From the NCBI GenBank assembly GCA_963768055.1, contig CAVYGN010000002.1, positions 1,184,001-1,248,000 of the forward strand: a DNA stretch of 64,000 nucleotides. The letters run 5' to 3'. This DNA is from an uncultured Spirochaetota bacterium (GTDB taxonomy: Bacteria; Spirochaetota; Brevinematia; Brevinematales; JAOACQ01). The notes below the pieces were generated by a model. That model was not told the origin of the DNA, did not search any database, and saw nothing but the letters and a program-made list of their open reading frames with translations. Made by a program: the position numbers and the translations under genes. Shown here in pieces: positions 47,076-57,095 of this stretch (its first letter is position 1; each line of letters opens with the position of its first letter).

Positions 47076-49890
47076 ATTCTATCTTCATTTCTTTGATCTT
47101 GTAAGTTAGAGTGGTTCGTTTTATTCCGAGTATGGCAGCGGCGGCTGATTTGTTTCCTTTCGCTTTGTCGAGGGCCCATTCGATAATTTTTCTTGAGTAC
47201 TGGTTGATCATTCCGTCATAGGTATCAACGGAAGAGATCTCAAGTCCGGCTTCGGGAACGGAATCTTCCACCGGAGCGGCATCCATGATCGAGGGGAAAT
47301 GGGTTAATTTCAAAACCCTTTTGTCACCCCTGGATACTGCAAGCTGCGACATAGCCCTGATGATAAAATTCTCCATCTCACGGATATTTCCCGGCCAGGA
47401 ATAGCTTTCGATTTTCTCTATTGCCGCCTGTTCGATAGTAAGATCAGGGGGAAGATCGAATTCCCCGGCATACTTTTTAATAAGGAAATCCGCAAGAATC
47501 GGTATGTCGTCCTTTCTTTCCCTGAGGGGCGGAATATCGATGACAAAGACACTGATCCTGTAGAAAAGGTCATCCCTGAAGCTTCCTTTTATTATCATAT
47601 CGTTCAGGTCCCGGTTTGTCGCAAATACGAACCTGCATTTCGAATTAACAACCATGTTGCTTCCGATAGGACTGTATTTATTTTCCTGCAGCAGTCTGAG
47701 AAGCTTCGACTGTATGTCGAGAGGCATTTCTCCAATTTCGTCGAAAAACAATGTGCCGCAGCCCGCCGCCTCGACTTTTCCTTCCCGGCTCGACTTTGCG
47801 TCGGTGAAGGAGCCTTTTACATGACCGAATAGCTCTTCTTCCCATAAGGTTCTCGGTATTGCTGCGCAGTTTACAGTTATAAAGGGGACATCGTCCATAT
47901 TGCCGGTATAATGTATTAGCTTTGCTATCAGTTCTTTCCCTGTGCCGGTATCCCCTGTTATTAAAATCGGTTTTGAAATCATTATTGCCTGATTGACTTT
48001 ATCGATAACATCCTGCATTTTTGAGCTTTGATAAACAATGGAGCTCTTTTCATCGAGCCTTTTTTCCTGTCTCTTGGAAATGTGTGTTGTAAGTTTTTGT
48101 ACTTCGCTTTCAACCCTGTCCTTCATGTATTTCATCATGTAAAATTCGGACGTCTTTTTCTTGACCTGGTGTTCGAGCTCTTCAGTCTGTTTCTGGATTT
48201 TCTGGAACATAATCGTGTCCATCAGGTTCTCATTGATCTTTGTCCGGATTATCTCGTACATCTTGTCGTATTTCGGCCCTAATTCCATCATTATAAATCC
48301 GAGCTGAGATTCCCTGTTGAACATATTTTCAAGAATATAAGTGCGGCGTTTTTCTTCTTTAATCAATCCGGCCGGAATGATCTCGCCAGGCCTGAATGCG
48401 ATGCCTCCATGCGGTAAGTCAAGGCGGGCCCCGTTTTGATAGCCGAAAATCAGGGCGGCTTCCTGCTTCGGGTTCTCGGGGTAATTGTACATGGATATGA
48501 AACAGCTGCCTATTCCAAAGGTTGTAAGGCTGGACTGAATAATATCGAACTGTTTTTCCAGATCGAAAGTACTGCTAAGTTCCGCTCCGAAATCGCTCAG
48601 TTCCTCCAGTTTTGCGGTTTCATGGATTTTTTGGAATAGCCCGTATTTCTGCATTGCATCATCGTTCATTACTTGGGCCTTATGGAAGAAGTATTCTGCG
48701 TTTACAAGTTCAGGTCCCTCGCCGATTAAAGACAGGGTATAACTCATGAATATTAAAAGGATGTTCTGAAGATGCCGGAGATTTCCTGTACTTTCGTAGC
48801 ATTCGTCTATGGCCCGGTTCCATGCCGAAAAGAATAAATTGCCATTCCCGCTTGAAAGGGCCGCCTCAAGCCCGTCAATGAGTCCCGGGGCGACAGAAAC
48901 GACCCAGCTGTAGTCAGGGTTAAAAGATTTAATTTCATCGGTAAAAGAGGAAATTATAAACTCCCGGTCATTTTTCAGATTGTAAGGCCGGTTGGTCTTT
49001 ATGCTGAAATGATCCGCCGAATAGCATCCGCATGATTCTCTTACTACAAACTCGGTGGATAGGCATGTGACCTGAGGTATTTCCTCTCCCCGAATGTTTC
49101 TCAAAAGAAGTTCGGCGGCAGTCCATGCCTGGTTGTATGTCGGCTGCCTGACTGAAGTGAGGTTAACGCTTTTACAATAGTCGATATCGTCAAAACCTGT
49201 TATCGGGATGAAATCGGACGATATTTTTCCCCTCGACTTAATTTCATTCATTATTCCCAGGGCCATAAAATCGTTTGAAGATACTATAGCGTCGAAATCG
49301 GCCTTTCTTTTATCCAGCAATTCTATAATTGCTTTTTTCCCCGAATCGATACTGAAATCGCCTTCATAGATCAGGTTTTCGTCGCAGGGCAGTTTATAAT
49401 AATCCAGCATTCTGCGGTACGTGTCAAGGCGCATACATGAATCGGTGTTAACCGGTAAACCCGAGATAAAAGCTATTCGTTTATAGCCATGTATCTCAAC
49501 CATATGCTTCATCACATCCCTGATGCCGGTTTCGTTGTCAACAGTTACGGACGGGATATTAAGCGGGTTCTTGCCAATGCTGACTGCCGGTATTCGCCGG
49601 AGTTTGAACATCATATTTTCTACCGCTTTTTTCCCGGCATAATTTTCGAGCGATGAAGTAGTGATTAAGAAACCGTCTATCCTGTCGTAGTCGATGAAAT
49701 CGAAGAGAACGTTCCTGTTTTTCTCCCACTTGAAGGGTGAATCGAGCTTTCCCCCGACAAAGCAAATCAAATTTAAATCGTTCTTTTCAGAAAACTCGGA
49801 AACACTGGAAAAGATGTCTGAGTGATAAGGCGAATAAAGCCAATCAATTAAAAGAGCTATAGTCATTCTATTTTTAAGAATATCCGGCAC
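47074..49890 (-). CDS. Sigma54-dependent activator (bEBP) with N-terminal LacI-type ligand-binding domain
   Basis: LacI-like (SVTVDNETG, HGYKRIAFI, NDFMALG, TGFDD, VVRESCGC) plus AAA+ (GDTGTGKE, GSFTDA, DEIGEM, WPGNIRE) plus Fis HTH. Confidence 0.92.
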   Translation of the reverse strand: MPDILKNRMTIALLIDWLYSPYHSDIFSSVSEFSEKNDLNLICFVGGKLDSPFKWEKNRNVLFDFIDYDRIDGFLITTSSLENYAGKKAVENMMFKLRRIPAVSIGKNPLNIPSVTVDNETGIRDVMKHMVEIHGYKRIAFISGLPVNTDSCMRLDTYRRMLDYYKLPCDENLIYEGDFSIDSGKKAIIELLDKRKADFDAIVSSNDFMALGIMNEIKSRGKISSDFIPITGFDDIDYCKSVNLTSVRQPTYNQAWTAAELLLRNIRGEEIPQVTCLSTEFVVRESCGCYSADHFSIKTNRPYNLKNDREFIISSFTDEIKSFNPDYSWVVSVAPGLIDGLEAALSSGNGNLFFSAWNRAIDECYESTGNLRHLQNILLIFMSYTLSLIGEGPELVNAEYFFHKAQVMNDDAMQKYGLFQKIHETAKLEELSDFGAELSSTFDLEKQFDIIQSSLTTFGIGSCFISMYNYPENPKQEAALIFGYQNGARLDLPHGGIAFRPGEIIPAGLIKEEKRRTYILENMFNRESQLGFIMMELGPKYDKMYEIIRTKINENLMDTIMFQKIQKQTEELEHQVKKKTSEFYMMKYMKDRVESEVQKLTTHISKRQEKRLDEKSSIVYQSSKMQDVIDKVNQAIMISKPILITGDTGTGKELIAKLIHYTGNMDDVPFITVNCAAIPRTLWEEELFGHVKGSFTDAKSSREGKVEAAGCGTLFFDEIGEMPLDIQSKLLRLLQENKYSPIGSNMVVNSKCRFVFATNRDLNDMIIKGSFRDDLFYRISVFVIDIPPLRERKDDIPILADFLIKKYAGEFDLPPDLTIEQAAIEKIESYSWPGNIREMENFIIRAMSQLAVSRGDKRVLKLTHFPSIMDAAPVEDSVPEAGLEISSVDTYDGMINQYSRKIIEWALDKAKGNKSAAAAILGIKRTTLTYKIKEMKIE

Positions 49891-49998
49891 TTAATACCTG
49901 CGATCTATGATTTATAAAACCCGGTATTATTATAATCCCGGAGGGAATAAATATCAAAATTTTATCATCACCGGTTGCGGTGACCTTTTTTCGTATTT

Positions 49999-50027
49999 TT
50001 GACTTCATGCCGGAAAAAATGTATAAT
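49999..50027 (+). promoter_or_regulatory. Sigma70-type promoter
   Basis: TTGACT-N17-TATAAT; its TTG is what the ORF track used as a start codon. Confidence 0.7.
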
Positions 50028-50064
50028 TTATGCGGAAAGTTTTTCAAAAACAGGAGAAAAAAAT

Positions 50065-51225
50065 ATAAACGGTTCGATAATACTGGATAAAGAAAGGGAA
50101 TTTCAAGGGAATATAACCGATGGTAATATATCCTTCGGCTTAGTGAAAGATAATAATTGCTGCAGATTAGGTTTGAGTTTGTTTGAACATATATACCCCG
50201 AGGCTGTCCTGGAAATATCAGGAAAAAAGTTTAGCGTTCATGGCTGGTATAATGAGATAGTAGTTATAGACGACAGAAAAGAAATATCGATTAAAATTAA
50301 AACGAACGCTGAAAATGTTAAAGTCAGTTGGTGGGATGACAATTCGGATGATTATAAAGAAAAACAAACTTTTATCAAAAACATTAAGCCTAAATATGAG
50401 TACTATTTAAATTGGCACGTCACCAGGAATTGCAATCTTAGATGCGATTACTGTTTTATCGATCTTAAGGAAAGAGCTTCCGATAAAATTCCTACAATAG
50501 ATATACCCAGGCTGCGGGATGTTTTATCGAGATTCGATAAGCAAGTAAACATTAATCTATCCGGCGGAGAACCCTTTCTTATAAAAAATTTCGTGGAAGC
50601 ATGCTCTATGATGACAAAAAATCATTATATAAGTATTGCAAGCAATCTGACAAGCGACAGGGTAAAAGAATTGATCGAAAGTGTCGATGTAAAGCATATC
50701 GATTTCTTTGTTTGCTCGTTTCATCCTATCGAACTCTCCAAAAGAAACGCTGTTGATAAATTCATGAGGAATTATTACTTAATAAAAGAAGCCGGAATAA
50801 ACGCCAGGTTCTCGATAGTTCTTTGGCCCCCGATCATTGAACGCCTGCCCGAATATTTAAAAATGATTAACGATAAAAGCATCAGAATCTATTATGAACC
50901 TTTCCTGGGATTTTACAATAAGATGGAATATCCCGCAGCTTACACCGAAAAAGAACTTCGTTCTCTTGGAATAATAAAAAAGGATATTGGACAGACTTTT
51001 TACAGAAAAGGGAACTACTGCAACGCGGGTTTTAATGCCTGCATAATATTAGCCAACGGAGATGCGATCGATTGTTTCGAGAAAAAGAACAAAATCGGCA
51101 ATATCTATGAAGATATAAATTTCTTAAAAAAGATGGCCAAATGCGATCAAAGATTCTGCAAAAATCCTGTTTCCAAATTTCTTCCTATGCTCTATAATCT
51201 GGCAAAAGACCGGATATCGGATTAA
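50065..51225 (+). CDS. Radical SAM enzyme with N-terminal WW-ending module and Twitch/SPASM-like C-terminus (start uncertain, ATA at 50065)
   Basis: CNLRCDYC, SGGEPF, CNAG...C...CDQRFC; AGGAG 8 nt before an in-frame ATA. Confidence 0.85.
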   Translation: MNGSIILDKEREFQGNITDGNISFGLVKDNNCCRLGLSLFEHIYPEAVLEISGKKFSVHGWYNEIVVIDDRKEISIKIKTNAENVKVSWWDDNSDDYKEKQTFIKNIKPKYEYYLNWHVTRNCNLRCDYCFIDLKERASDKIPTIDIPRLRDVLSRFDKQVNINLSGGEPFLIKNFVEACSMMTKNHYISIASNLTSDRVKELIESVDVKHIDFFVCSFHPIELSKRNAVDKFMRNYYLIKEAGINARFSIVLWPPIIERLPEYLKMINDKSIRIYYEPFLGFYNKMEYPAAYTEKELRSLGIIKKDIGQTFYRKGNYCNAGFNACIILANGDAIDCFEKKNKIGNIYEDINFLKKMAKCDQRFCKNPVSKFLPMLYNLAKDRISD

Positions 51226-52345
51226 TTCTGCCCGGCCTGCCTTTGTTTCTCATTCCTCAGAAATTCCAGCATATCCTTCCGGTCGATTCTTTTTGAAACA
51301 GGGTAGTATTTTGCGGTTATATAACCGTTCTCTTTCGGGAGCTGGATCCATATATCCAGATCAGTGTCCTCGACATAGTCATTTATGACAATTAACCGCT
51401 GTTTTTCAGGCGGTATCGCCAGTATAAGATTCTTCAAATGATCCAGCTTTTCTCTGTCCTTAAAATCTATTTCAATGTACTTCGTGCTATTATCTATATA
51501 TACTATATCTTTGTTGTTTTCACCCCTGAGTAATTCAAGGGCTTTCTCCTTAGGCAAATTCAAAGCCTCAGGGTGTTTTGTGACAAAGTACTCCGAATTC
51601 ATGTTATACCCGGGGATATTTTCTTTCTTGATTACAAGATCGCTTCTTTCTCCATGATATTGGTGGAAGACTTCAAGTCTTGAATTCACGACAATAGGGA
51701 TTTTTTTTTCATACAACATATAACCGAAGGCAATATCTTCCACTCCCCAGCCTTTGAAATTTTCATCGAATCCGCCAGCCGCTTCGAGGAATTTTCTGGG
51801 GATGGCCATATTGCAGGTAAAGACCTGCCCCCATGGAACATGATGGCGCTGTTGTTATAGGAAGCCGATTCGTAAAAAAAATATCTGTACTCCAGGATGT
51901 CGAAATTCCGGTTATCGAAGCGATTCTTTGTGAAAATATCGCCTCTTATTATTTCCTCGTAAGTGGTCGGCGTATTTAATAAAAGCCTGTTACCTATAAC
52001 GGCAATATCATTTTTCATCGAAAAGCATCTGTTCAGTTCGGATAAATAGTCCGGCCTTACGACAATATCAGAATCGATAAATACAATTATTTCACCTGCT
52101 GACTGCTTCCAGCCATGATTCCTGCATTTGGCCCGGCATGAATCTTTGCCCCTTTCCAGATAGAAATATTTTAAATCGTAATTACGGTTAACTCCTTTTA
52201 TATATTCTCCCGAATTGTCCGTCGAGCCGTCATCTACTACGATAACCTCATAATAGCCGTAACCCGGCTGGTAGTTTAGCGCCTCAAGAGTATTTTTCAG
52301 AAGAACCCTGTTGTTATAGGTTGGAATGACGAAGCTATATTTCAT
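51222..52345 (-). pseudogene. GT2 glycosyltransferase split by a one-base frameshift near 51835
   Basis: VIPTYN, VVDDGSTD, FIDSD in the 5' ORF; GGFDENFKGWGVED in the 3' ORF. One added base restores ...IMFPWGQVFTCNMAIPR. Confidence 0.88.
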
Positions 52346-52391
52346 GATTTACAAACTCCCAGTTCATTGGAATATTCACTGTTAATATATC

Positions 52392-52464
52392 AGTATAAAT
52401 TATAAAAATATCCCGGTCAATCTCTCTATAATATTTTGATTATAGTGCGGTTTTATGCTATTAT
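52392..52464. promoter_or_regulatory. Back-to-back sigma70-type promoters
   Basis: Minus: TTGACC-N17-TATACT (52420-52392). Plus: TTGATT-N17-TATTAT with a TGn extended -10 (52436-52464). Confidence 0.6.
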
Positions 52465-52513
52465 AAATCAAAGTCGGAGCTTGATATGGTTAGTATTTTC
52501 AAGGTGGAATTTT

Positions 52514-53710
52514 ATGAAAGAAGATATATTTACAGCTTTAAAGCAAAGAAACGAAGCGGCTGTTTTTGAAGTTAAAAATAAAAAAACATTTTTAATACCT
52601 AAGGAAAGTATCCGGTTCAAATGGGATCCATTTATCTGGAAACCGAAAATTGTGATAGGAACTGCTGTTATAGAAGGTGATTATCACAATTTAAGCCTGG
52701 AGTACAAAGATAGAAAAGAGGATTTTGAAGGCTGGTACAAGGAATTCCGGTTTGACCTGAAAAACCCGGATGAAGATATGATTTTTACCGTTGACAGTGA
52801 AACAAGTAGCAGAAATTTAAAGATCGAATGGTGGATCGAAACCTCTGCCCCCGATGAATACGATGCGGCGCTAAGCTGGGTTATTACCGAAAAATGCAAC
52901 CTTGATTGTGAATACTGCATCTTCCATGCGCACGGGGTTTATCATACGAATAACGAGGCTATTTCCGCCATAAGGATTGAAGATTTATTGTCAACGATTA
53001 ATAAGACCGGTAAAAAGTTTTTAATAACATTCACGGGCGGCGAACCTTTTCTTGTCCCCAATTTTCTAGAGGCTTGCCAGTGTATAAGTGAAAAACATTA
53101 TATAGGGGTGGTTTCCAATTCAGTCCATCCCGACATAAAAAAGTTTGCCGAAACGATAGATCCCGGCAAAGTAGCTAATTTTTTATCATCACTGCATATA
53201 AAAGAATTTAAAAAAAAGAACCTGACCCAAAAATATATCGATAATGTCCTGCTTTTGAAGAAGAAGGGATTTAACGTCATTTCTACAGCCGTAGCTTATC
53301 CGCCCCTTTTATCGGAGATCGTTCATTACAGGGAATATTTCACCTCCAGGGGCATCGTTTTTAATACGGCATTTTTTATAGGCGAATACGATGGCAAGGT
53401 TTATCCCGAATCTTATACTCATGAGGAAATAGAAAAGTTCGGCCTGGAAGACAGGAAAATAAATAAAATTTTATCGCGTAAAGGCATGCTGTGCAATGCC
53501 GGGTACAGCGCGTTCGCAGTATGGGGCGACGGGACAGTTATTGTTTGTTATGATGTTCCTTCAAAAAGAGGTCATATTTATAGAAATATAGATTTTGACA
53601 AATATATTATAAAATGCCCTTCGGAACAATGCTCCTGTCCATTCCCGGATAATTACAAGGCGCTGTTTAACAGGGCGATAAATGAAAAGGCGCCGGTTAA
53701 AAGCGTTTAA
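52514..53710 (+). CDS. Radical SAM enzyme with N-terminal WW-ending module (paralog of 50065)
   Basis: CNLDCEYC, TGGEPF, CNAG...C...CPSEQCSC; AAGGTGG RBS before 52514. Confidence 0.9.
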   Translation: MKEDIFTALKQRNEAAVFEVKNKKTFLIPKESIRFKWDPFIWKPKIVIGTAVIEGDYHNLSLEYKDRKEDFEGWYKEFRFDLKNPDEDMIFTVDSETSSRNLKIEWWIETSAPDEYDAALSWVITEKCNLDCEYCIFHAHGVYHTNNEAISAIRIEDLLSTINKTGKKFLITFTGGEPFLVPNFLEACQCISEKHYIGVVSNSVHPDIKKFAETIDPGKVANFLSSLHIKEFKKKNLTQKYIDNVLLLKKKGFNVISTAVAYPPLLSEIVHYREYFTSRGIVFNTAFFIGEYDGKVYPESYTHEEIEKFGLEDRKINKILSRKGMLCNAGYSAFAVWGDGTVIVCYDVPSKRGHIYRNIDFDKYIIKCPSEQCSCPFPDNYKALFNRAINEKAPVKSV

Positions 53711-53773
53711 GTATTAGTCTTTTGATAAGAAGGATATATTATTATTTAAAATCTGTATCTGGAGCTGGTAATA

Positions 53774-55453
53774 ATGAAAACGATAAAATTCGACCTGCCG
53801 AATGGATATAAGATTACCGCTATAGAAAATACAAAAACAGTGTTCGACGAAATCTGGTATGATAAAATATATGAAAGAGATTTTATCATTAAGGAGGGCA
53901 TGAATATAGTCGATATAGGCGGAAATCAGGGATTTTTTTCCTTATATGCGGCAAGTAAAGGAGCAAATGTTTTTACTTTTGAACCCGAAGAAAAAAATTA
54001 TCAGCTGTTATTGGAAAATATAAAAAATAATAATCTCGAGGGTAATATTAAGGCCTATAAATTCGCCGTAACGAACCATGAAGGTTATTTAAATTTATTT
54101 GTCCAGGATTTTAATGAATATGTTGCTTCTGCTATAGTGTCTACCTCGAAAGAATTTTTAAAAAACATCAACAGATATAATAACAGGATCGAAATTCAAA
54201 AAGCGGCTTGCATTACCTTAAATAAATTGATTGATAAAATTGGAATAAACTCCATTGACCTGTTGAAGATTGATTGCGAGGGGGCGGAACTGGATATACT
54301 GAGAAGCGCCTCAATCAAGCAGTTTAAAAAAATAAAAAATATTGTTATGGAAACCCATAGTAATTATAAGGAAAAAGACTTGCTCTTTTCAATTAAAGCT
54401 GCCGGTTTTAATATTGTATCTTATAAAAGAATTTTGAAAAAATCTCAGAACGGCTATTTGTTTGCTGAAAATAATAATATAACGGAAAGGCCATCCTGGG
54501 ATTATCCGATAGGTGTTTTAAAAGGGATTCCTTATTCTAAAATATATAAAAAAGTTACCCTCGACGCCTCAGGAAGTTTTTCTACCGCTAAAAATAGCGA
54601 TAGATTGATTTATAAATGGAAGATTGACGGTGAAGCAATAGTCAAGGCTGACAAACCTGTTTTAAAGTATTTATTCAATAAAGCCGGTATGCATAATATT
54701 GAATTGGAAGTCATAGCCAAGAACGGGAAGAGCAATAAAATCAATAAAAATTTCTGGATTATTAAAAAGTCGTATTTTAATACCGGGGAAGAAGAGATTA
54801 TACAAAATGATTATAGTGAAGACAAAATATATGCTTTTAAAGGGACAAAATATTTTTCAATTAAAATCCCTGAATCGATAAATCCAGACCTGATCGGTAT
54901 TGGAATTGAATATAAAGAGCCGAAGAATTATAGCGGCATCTTAGAATTTAATGATGATAAAAAAGAGTTAAAAAATGATTTCAATGAAATTCAGTTGTTG
55001 GATTTTCCTCCCGGACTGGAAATAAAATATTCTGTAACGGCAAATGATTTCGAAGTATTTAGAATCTTCTGGTGGTGGCGTGAATTTGAAGAGAATATAT
55101 TAATTAATCCCGAAGAAATAAATCAGGAGGCGGTTTTATTAAAGCAAAAAAACAATGCGGCCCTGTATGAAGTAAATAATAAAGAGACATTTTTAATATA
55201 CCACAAATATCTTCCAAACCGGTGGGATCCCGTATTCCGGAAACAGAAAATTGTGATAGGAATAGCAGTTATGGGCGGTGATTATCAAAATTTATATTTA
55301 GAATACAAAAATCAAAAAGAAAGTTTTGACTCCTGGTACAAAGAGTTCCGGTTTGATCTTGAGAACCCTGATGAAGATATTATTTTTATGATAATAAATG
55401 AAATAAAAAGTAATATTTTGAAGATCGAATGGTGGATAAATTTAACATCCTGA
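53774..55453 (+). CDS. FkbM-family methyltransferase + PKD-like domain + two WW-ending modules
   Basis: DIGGNQG, FEPE, LLKIDCEGAE, METH; VTLDASGS...YKWKIDG...AGMHNIELEV. Confidence 0.88.
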   Translation: MKTIKFDLPNGYKITAIENTKTVFDEIWYDKIYERDFIIKEGMNIVDIGGNQGFFSLYAASKGANVFTFEPEEKNYQLLLENIKNNNLEGNIKAYKFAVTNHEGYLNLFVQDFNEYVASAIVSTSKEFLKNINRYNNRIEIQKAACITLNKLIDKIGINSIDLLKIDCEGAELDILRSASIKQFKKIKNIVMETHSNYKEKDLLFSIKAAGFNIVSYKRILKKSQNGYLFAENNNITERPSWDYPIGVLKGIPYSKIYKKVTLDASGSFSTAKNSDRLIYKWKIDGEAIVKADKPVLKYLFNKAGMHNIELEVIAKNGKSNKINKNFWIIKKSYFNTGEEEIIQNDYSEDKIYAFKGTKYFSIKIPESINPDLIGIGIEYKEPKNYSGILEFNDDKKELKNDFNEIQLLDFPPGLEIKYSVTANDFEVFRIFWWWREFEENILINPEEINQEAVLLKQKNNAALYEVNNKETFLIYHKYLPNRWDPVFRKQKIVIGIAVMGGDYQNLYLEYKNQKESFDSWYKEFRFDLENPDEDIIFMIINEIKSNILKIEWWINLTS

Positions 55454-55460
55454 GCGCCGG

Positions 55461-57095
55461 TCAAGATCGTCTTTTAAGGCAGCCGTCCGCTAAATCATAT
55501 ATAATATCCATCATCTTAAGAATATCCGCGTTGTGAGTTATCGTCAGCGAAGTTATTCCCTTTTGCCGGGTATAAAGCAAATCGGTGATCTCCTTCTCCG
55601 TCTCCCTGTCCAGAGATGCTGTAATCTCGTCAAATATATAAATAGAACTATGAAAAGCGAGGGCCCGGGCAATACCGAGCCTCTGCCGCTCACCTCCTGA
55701 TATATCCACCAATCCCTCTGCAATAGTTGTATTAATACCCGCGGGCAGCCGGGCTAAAAAATCAAAAAGCCGGACCTTTTTCATCAAATCAAGGATTTCA
55801 TCATCTTTCAAACGTTTTTTAAGATCAATATTTTCCCGCAAAGTACCCGAATAAATCGGGATATCCTGGGAAATCATGACGATGCCTTTCCTGAAACTTT
55901 CAAGATCGAATGAGGAATGCGGAACTCCATCGATAAAGATACTTCCGGATGCCGGATCGAAGAGCCTGACCAGTAAAGCGGCAATTGTCGATTTACCTGA
56001 TCCGCTTTTACCGTAAATAGCGACATTTTTTCCATAAGGTATTTCAAGGGAAACATTTTTAAGTGCAAAATGGCTTTTTTGGTAAGAAAAGCTGACATTT
56101 TTGAATTCTATCTTTTGCCTGATACCATGAAATTCAAGGTCTCCGCCTTTTTCAATATCGTCGCTCAGATAATCGTATAAACGTTTTTTTGCACTTTTTA
56201 AACCCCGCTGGGAAATAAAGATGCCGGCCAGTTCATTTAAGGGTGTTATGAACCTTTCGTTAAAAAGAAGGCAGAAAACAAGCGTACCGATCGTAACGTT
56301 TCCCCGGACGACCTCGGGGATCATGAATATAAGTATGAATAATACGGGCGACCATACCATGATGTATATTATATTCCAGAGCATATTGCTGTAAAGAGAA
56401 TTTATTTTCTTTATATAGGACATTTTTGTGAGATTTTCATCCATATTTTGAATTACTTTCGATTTTAAAAGATCGAGCTTAATTGTCTTAATGCCAGAAA
56501 AAATATCCAGAAGATTTTTCCATAATACGTCGTATTCTTTCCCGATCTCGAAAGAGGTTGTTTCGTATTTTTTCCTCCAGATAAAAACCCATCCCGTAAA
56601 GGCTATAATAAAAATAAGATACATCTCGCTGATCAATGGAGCGAAATAAAGGAAAAAAACAAGCCAGAAACCTATTTGAACGAAATTCACAACCTCCATG
56701 ATCCTTCCCGACAGTCCGTCGGCGATGATCCTGCAATCTTCCATAGCCCGTTTTACGAACTCGCTGGAATTCCGCTCGAGAAAAAATGAGTATTTGTAAT
56801 GCATAACTTCAGTCAGAAAATCTTTACGTATATTTGAAACCAGATTCCTGTTGAGAAGCGACATAGTCCGGTCCCTTACAACAGTTAAAAGGTTCGTGAT
56901 GAAAACCGCGGCTATCGAAAGAACTGCTATTAGAATAAAAAGAGAGGTGTCCGGTTTTCTGAAAAGCTGGTCATAAATGATCTTCCATAGATAAAGACCG
57001 AAGGCTATGCTGACAGCAAGCAATAAAGAGATAAAAAATATAAATAAAAGAATAAAAAATTCTTTCTCAAGATATCGTATGAGATTTTTTTTCAT
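55461..57095 (-). CDS. ABC exporter half-transporter (TMD+NBD)
   Basis: GKSGSGKST, ISGGERQR, FDEITASLD. Confidence 0.92.
   Translation of the reverse strand: MKKNLIRYLEKEFFILLFIFFISLLLAVSIAFGLYLWKIIYDQLFRKPDTSLFILIAVLSIAAVFITNLLTVVRDRTMSLLNRNLVSNIRKDFLTEVMHYKYSFFLERNSSEFVKRAMEDCRIIADGLSGRIMEVVNFVQIGFWLVFFLYFAPLISEMYLIFIIAFTGWVFIWRKKYETTSFEIGKEYDVLWKNLLDIFSGIKTIKLDLLKSKVIQNMDENLTKMSYIKKINSLYSNMLWNIIYIMVWSPVLFILIFMIPEVVRGNVTIGTLVFCLLFNERFITPLNELAGIFISQRGLKSAKKRLYDYLSDDIEKGGDLEFHGIRQKIEFKNVSFSYQKSHFALKNVSLEIPYGKNVAIYGKSGSGKSTIAALLVRLFDPASGSIFIDGVPHSSFDLESFRKGIVMISQDIPIYSGTLRENIDLKKRLKDDEILDLMKKVRLFDFLARLPAGINTTIAEGLVDISGGERQRLGIARALAFHSSIYIFDEITASLDRETEKEITDLLYTRQKGITSLTITHNADILKMMDIIYDLADGCLKRRS

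Noticed and set aside
50065..51225. Viperin-like look of NWHVTRNCNLRCDYCF / INLSGGEPFL
   Set aside because: It carries a Cys-rich Twitch/SPASM-like tail and SFH rather than viperin's S(I/V)DS-type segment; its paralog lacks NWH and the context is biosynthetic, not defence.
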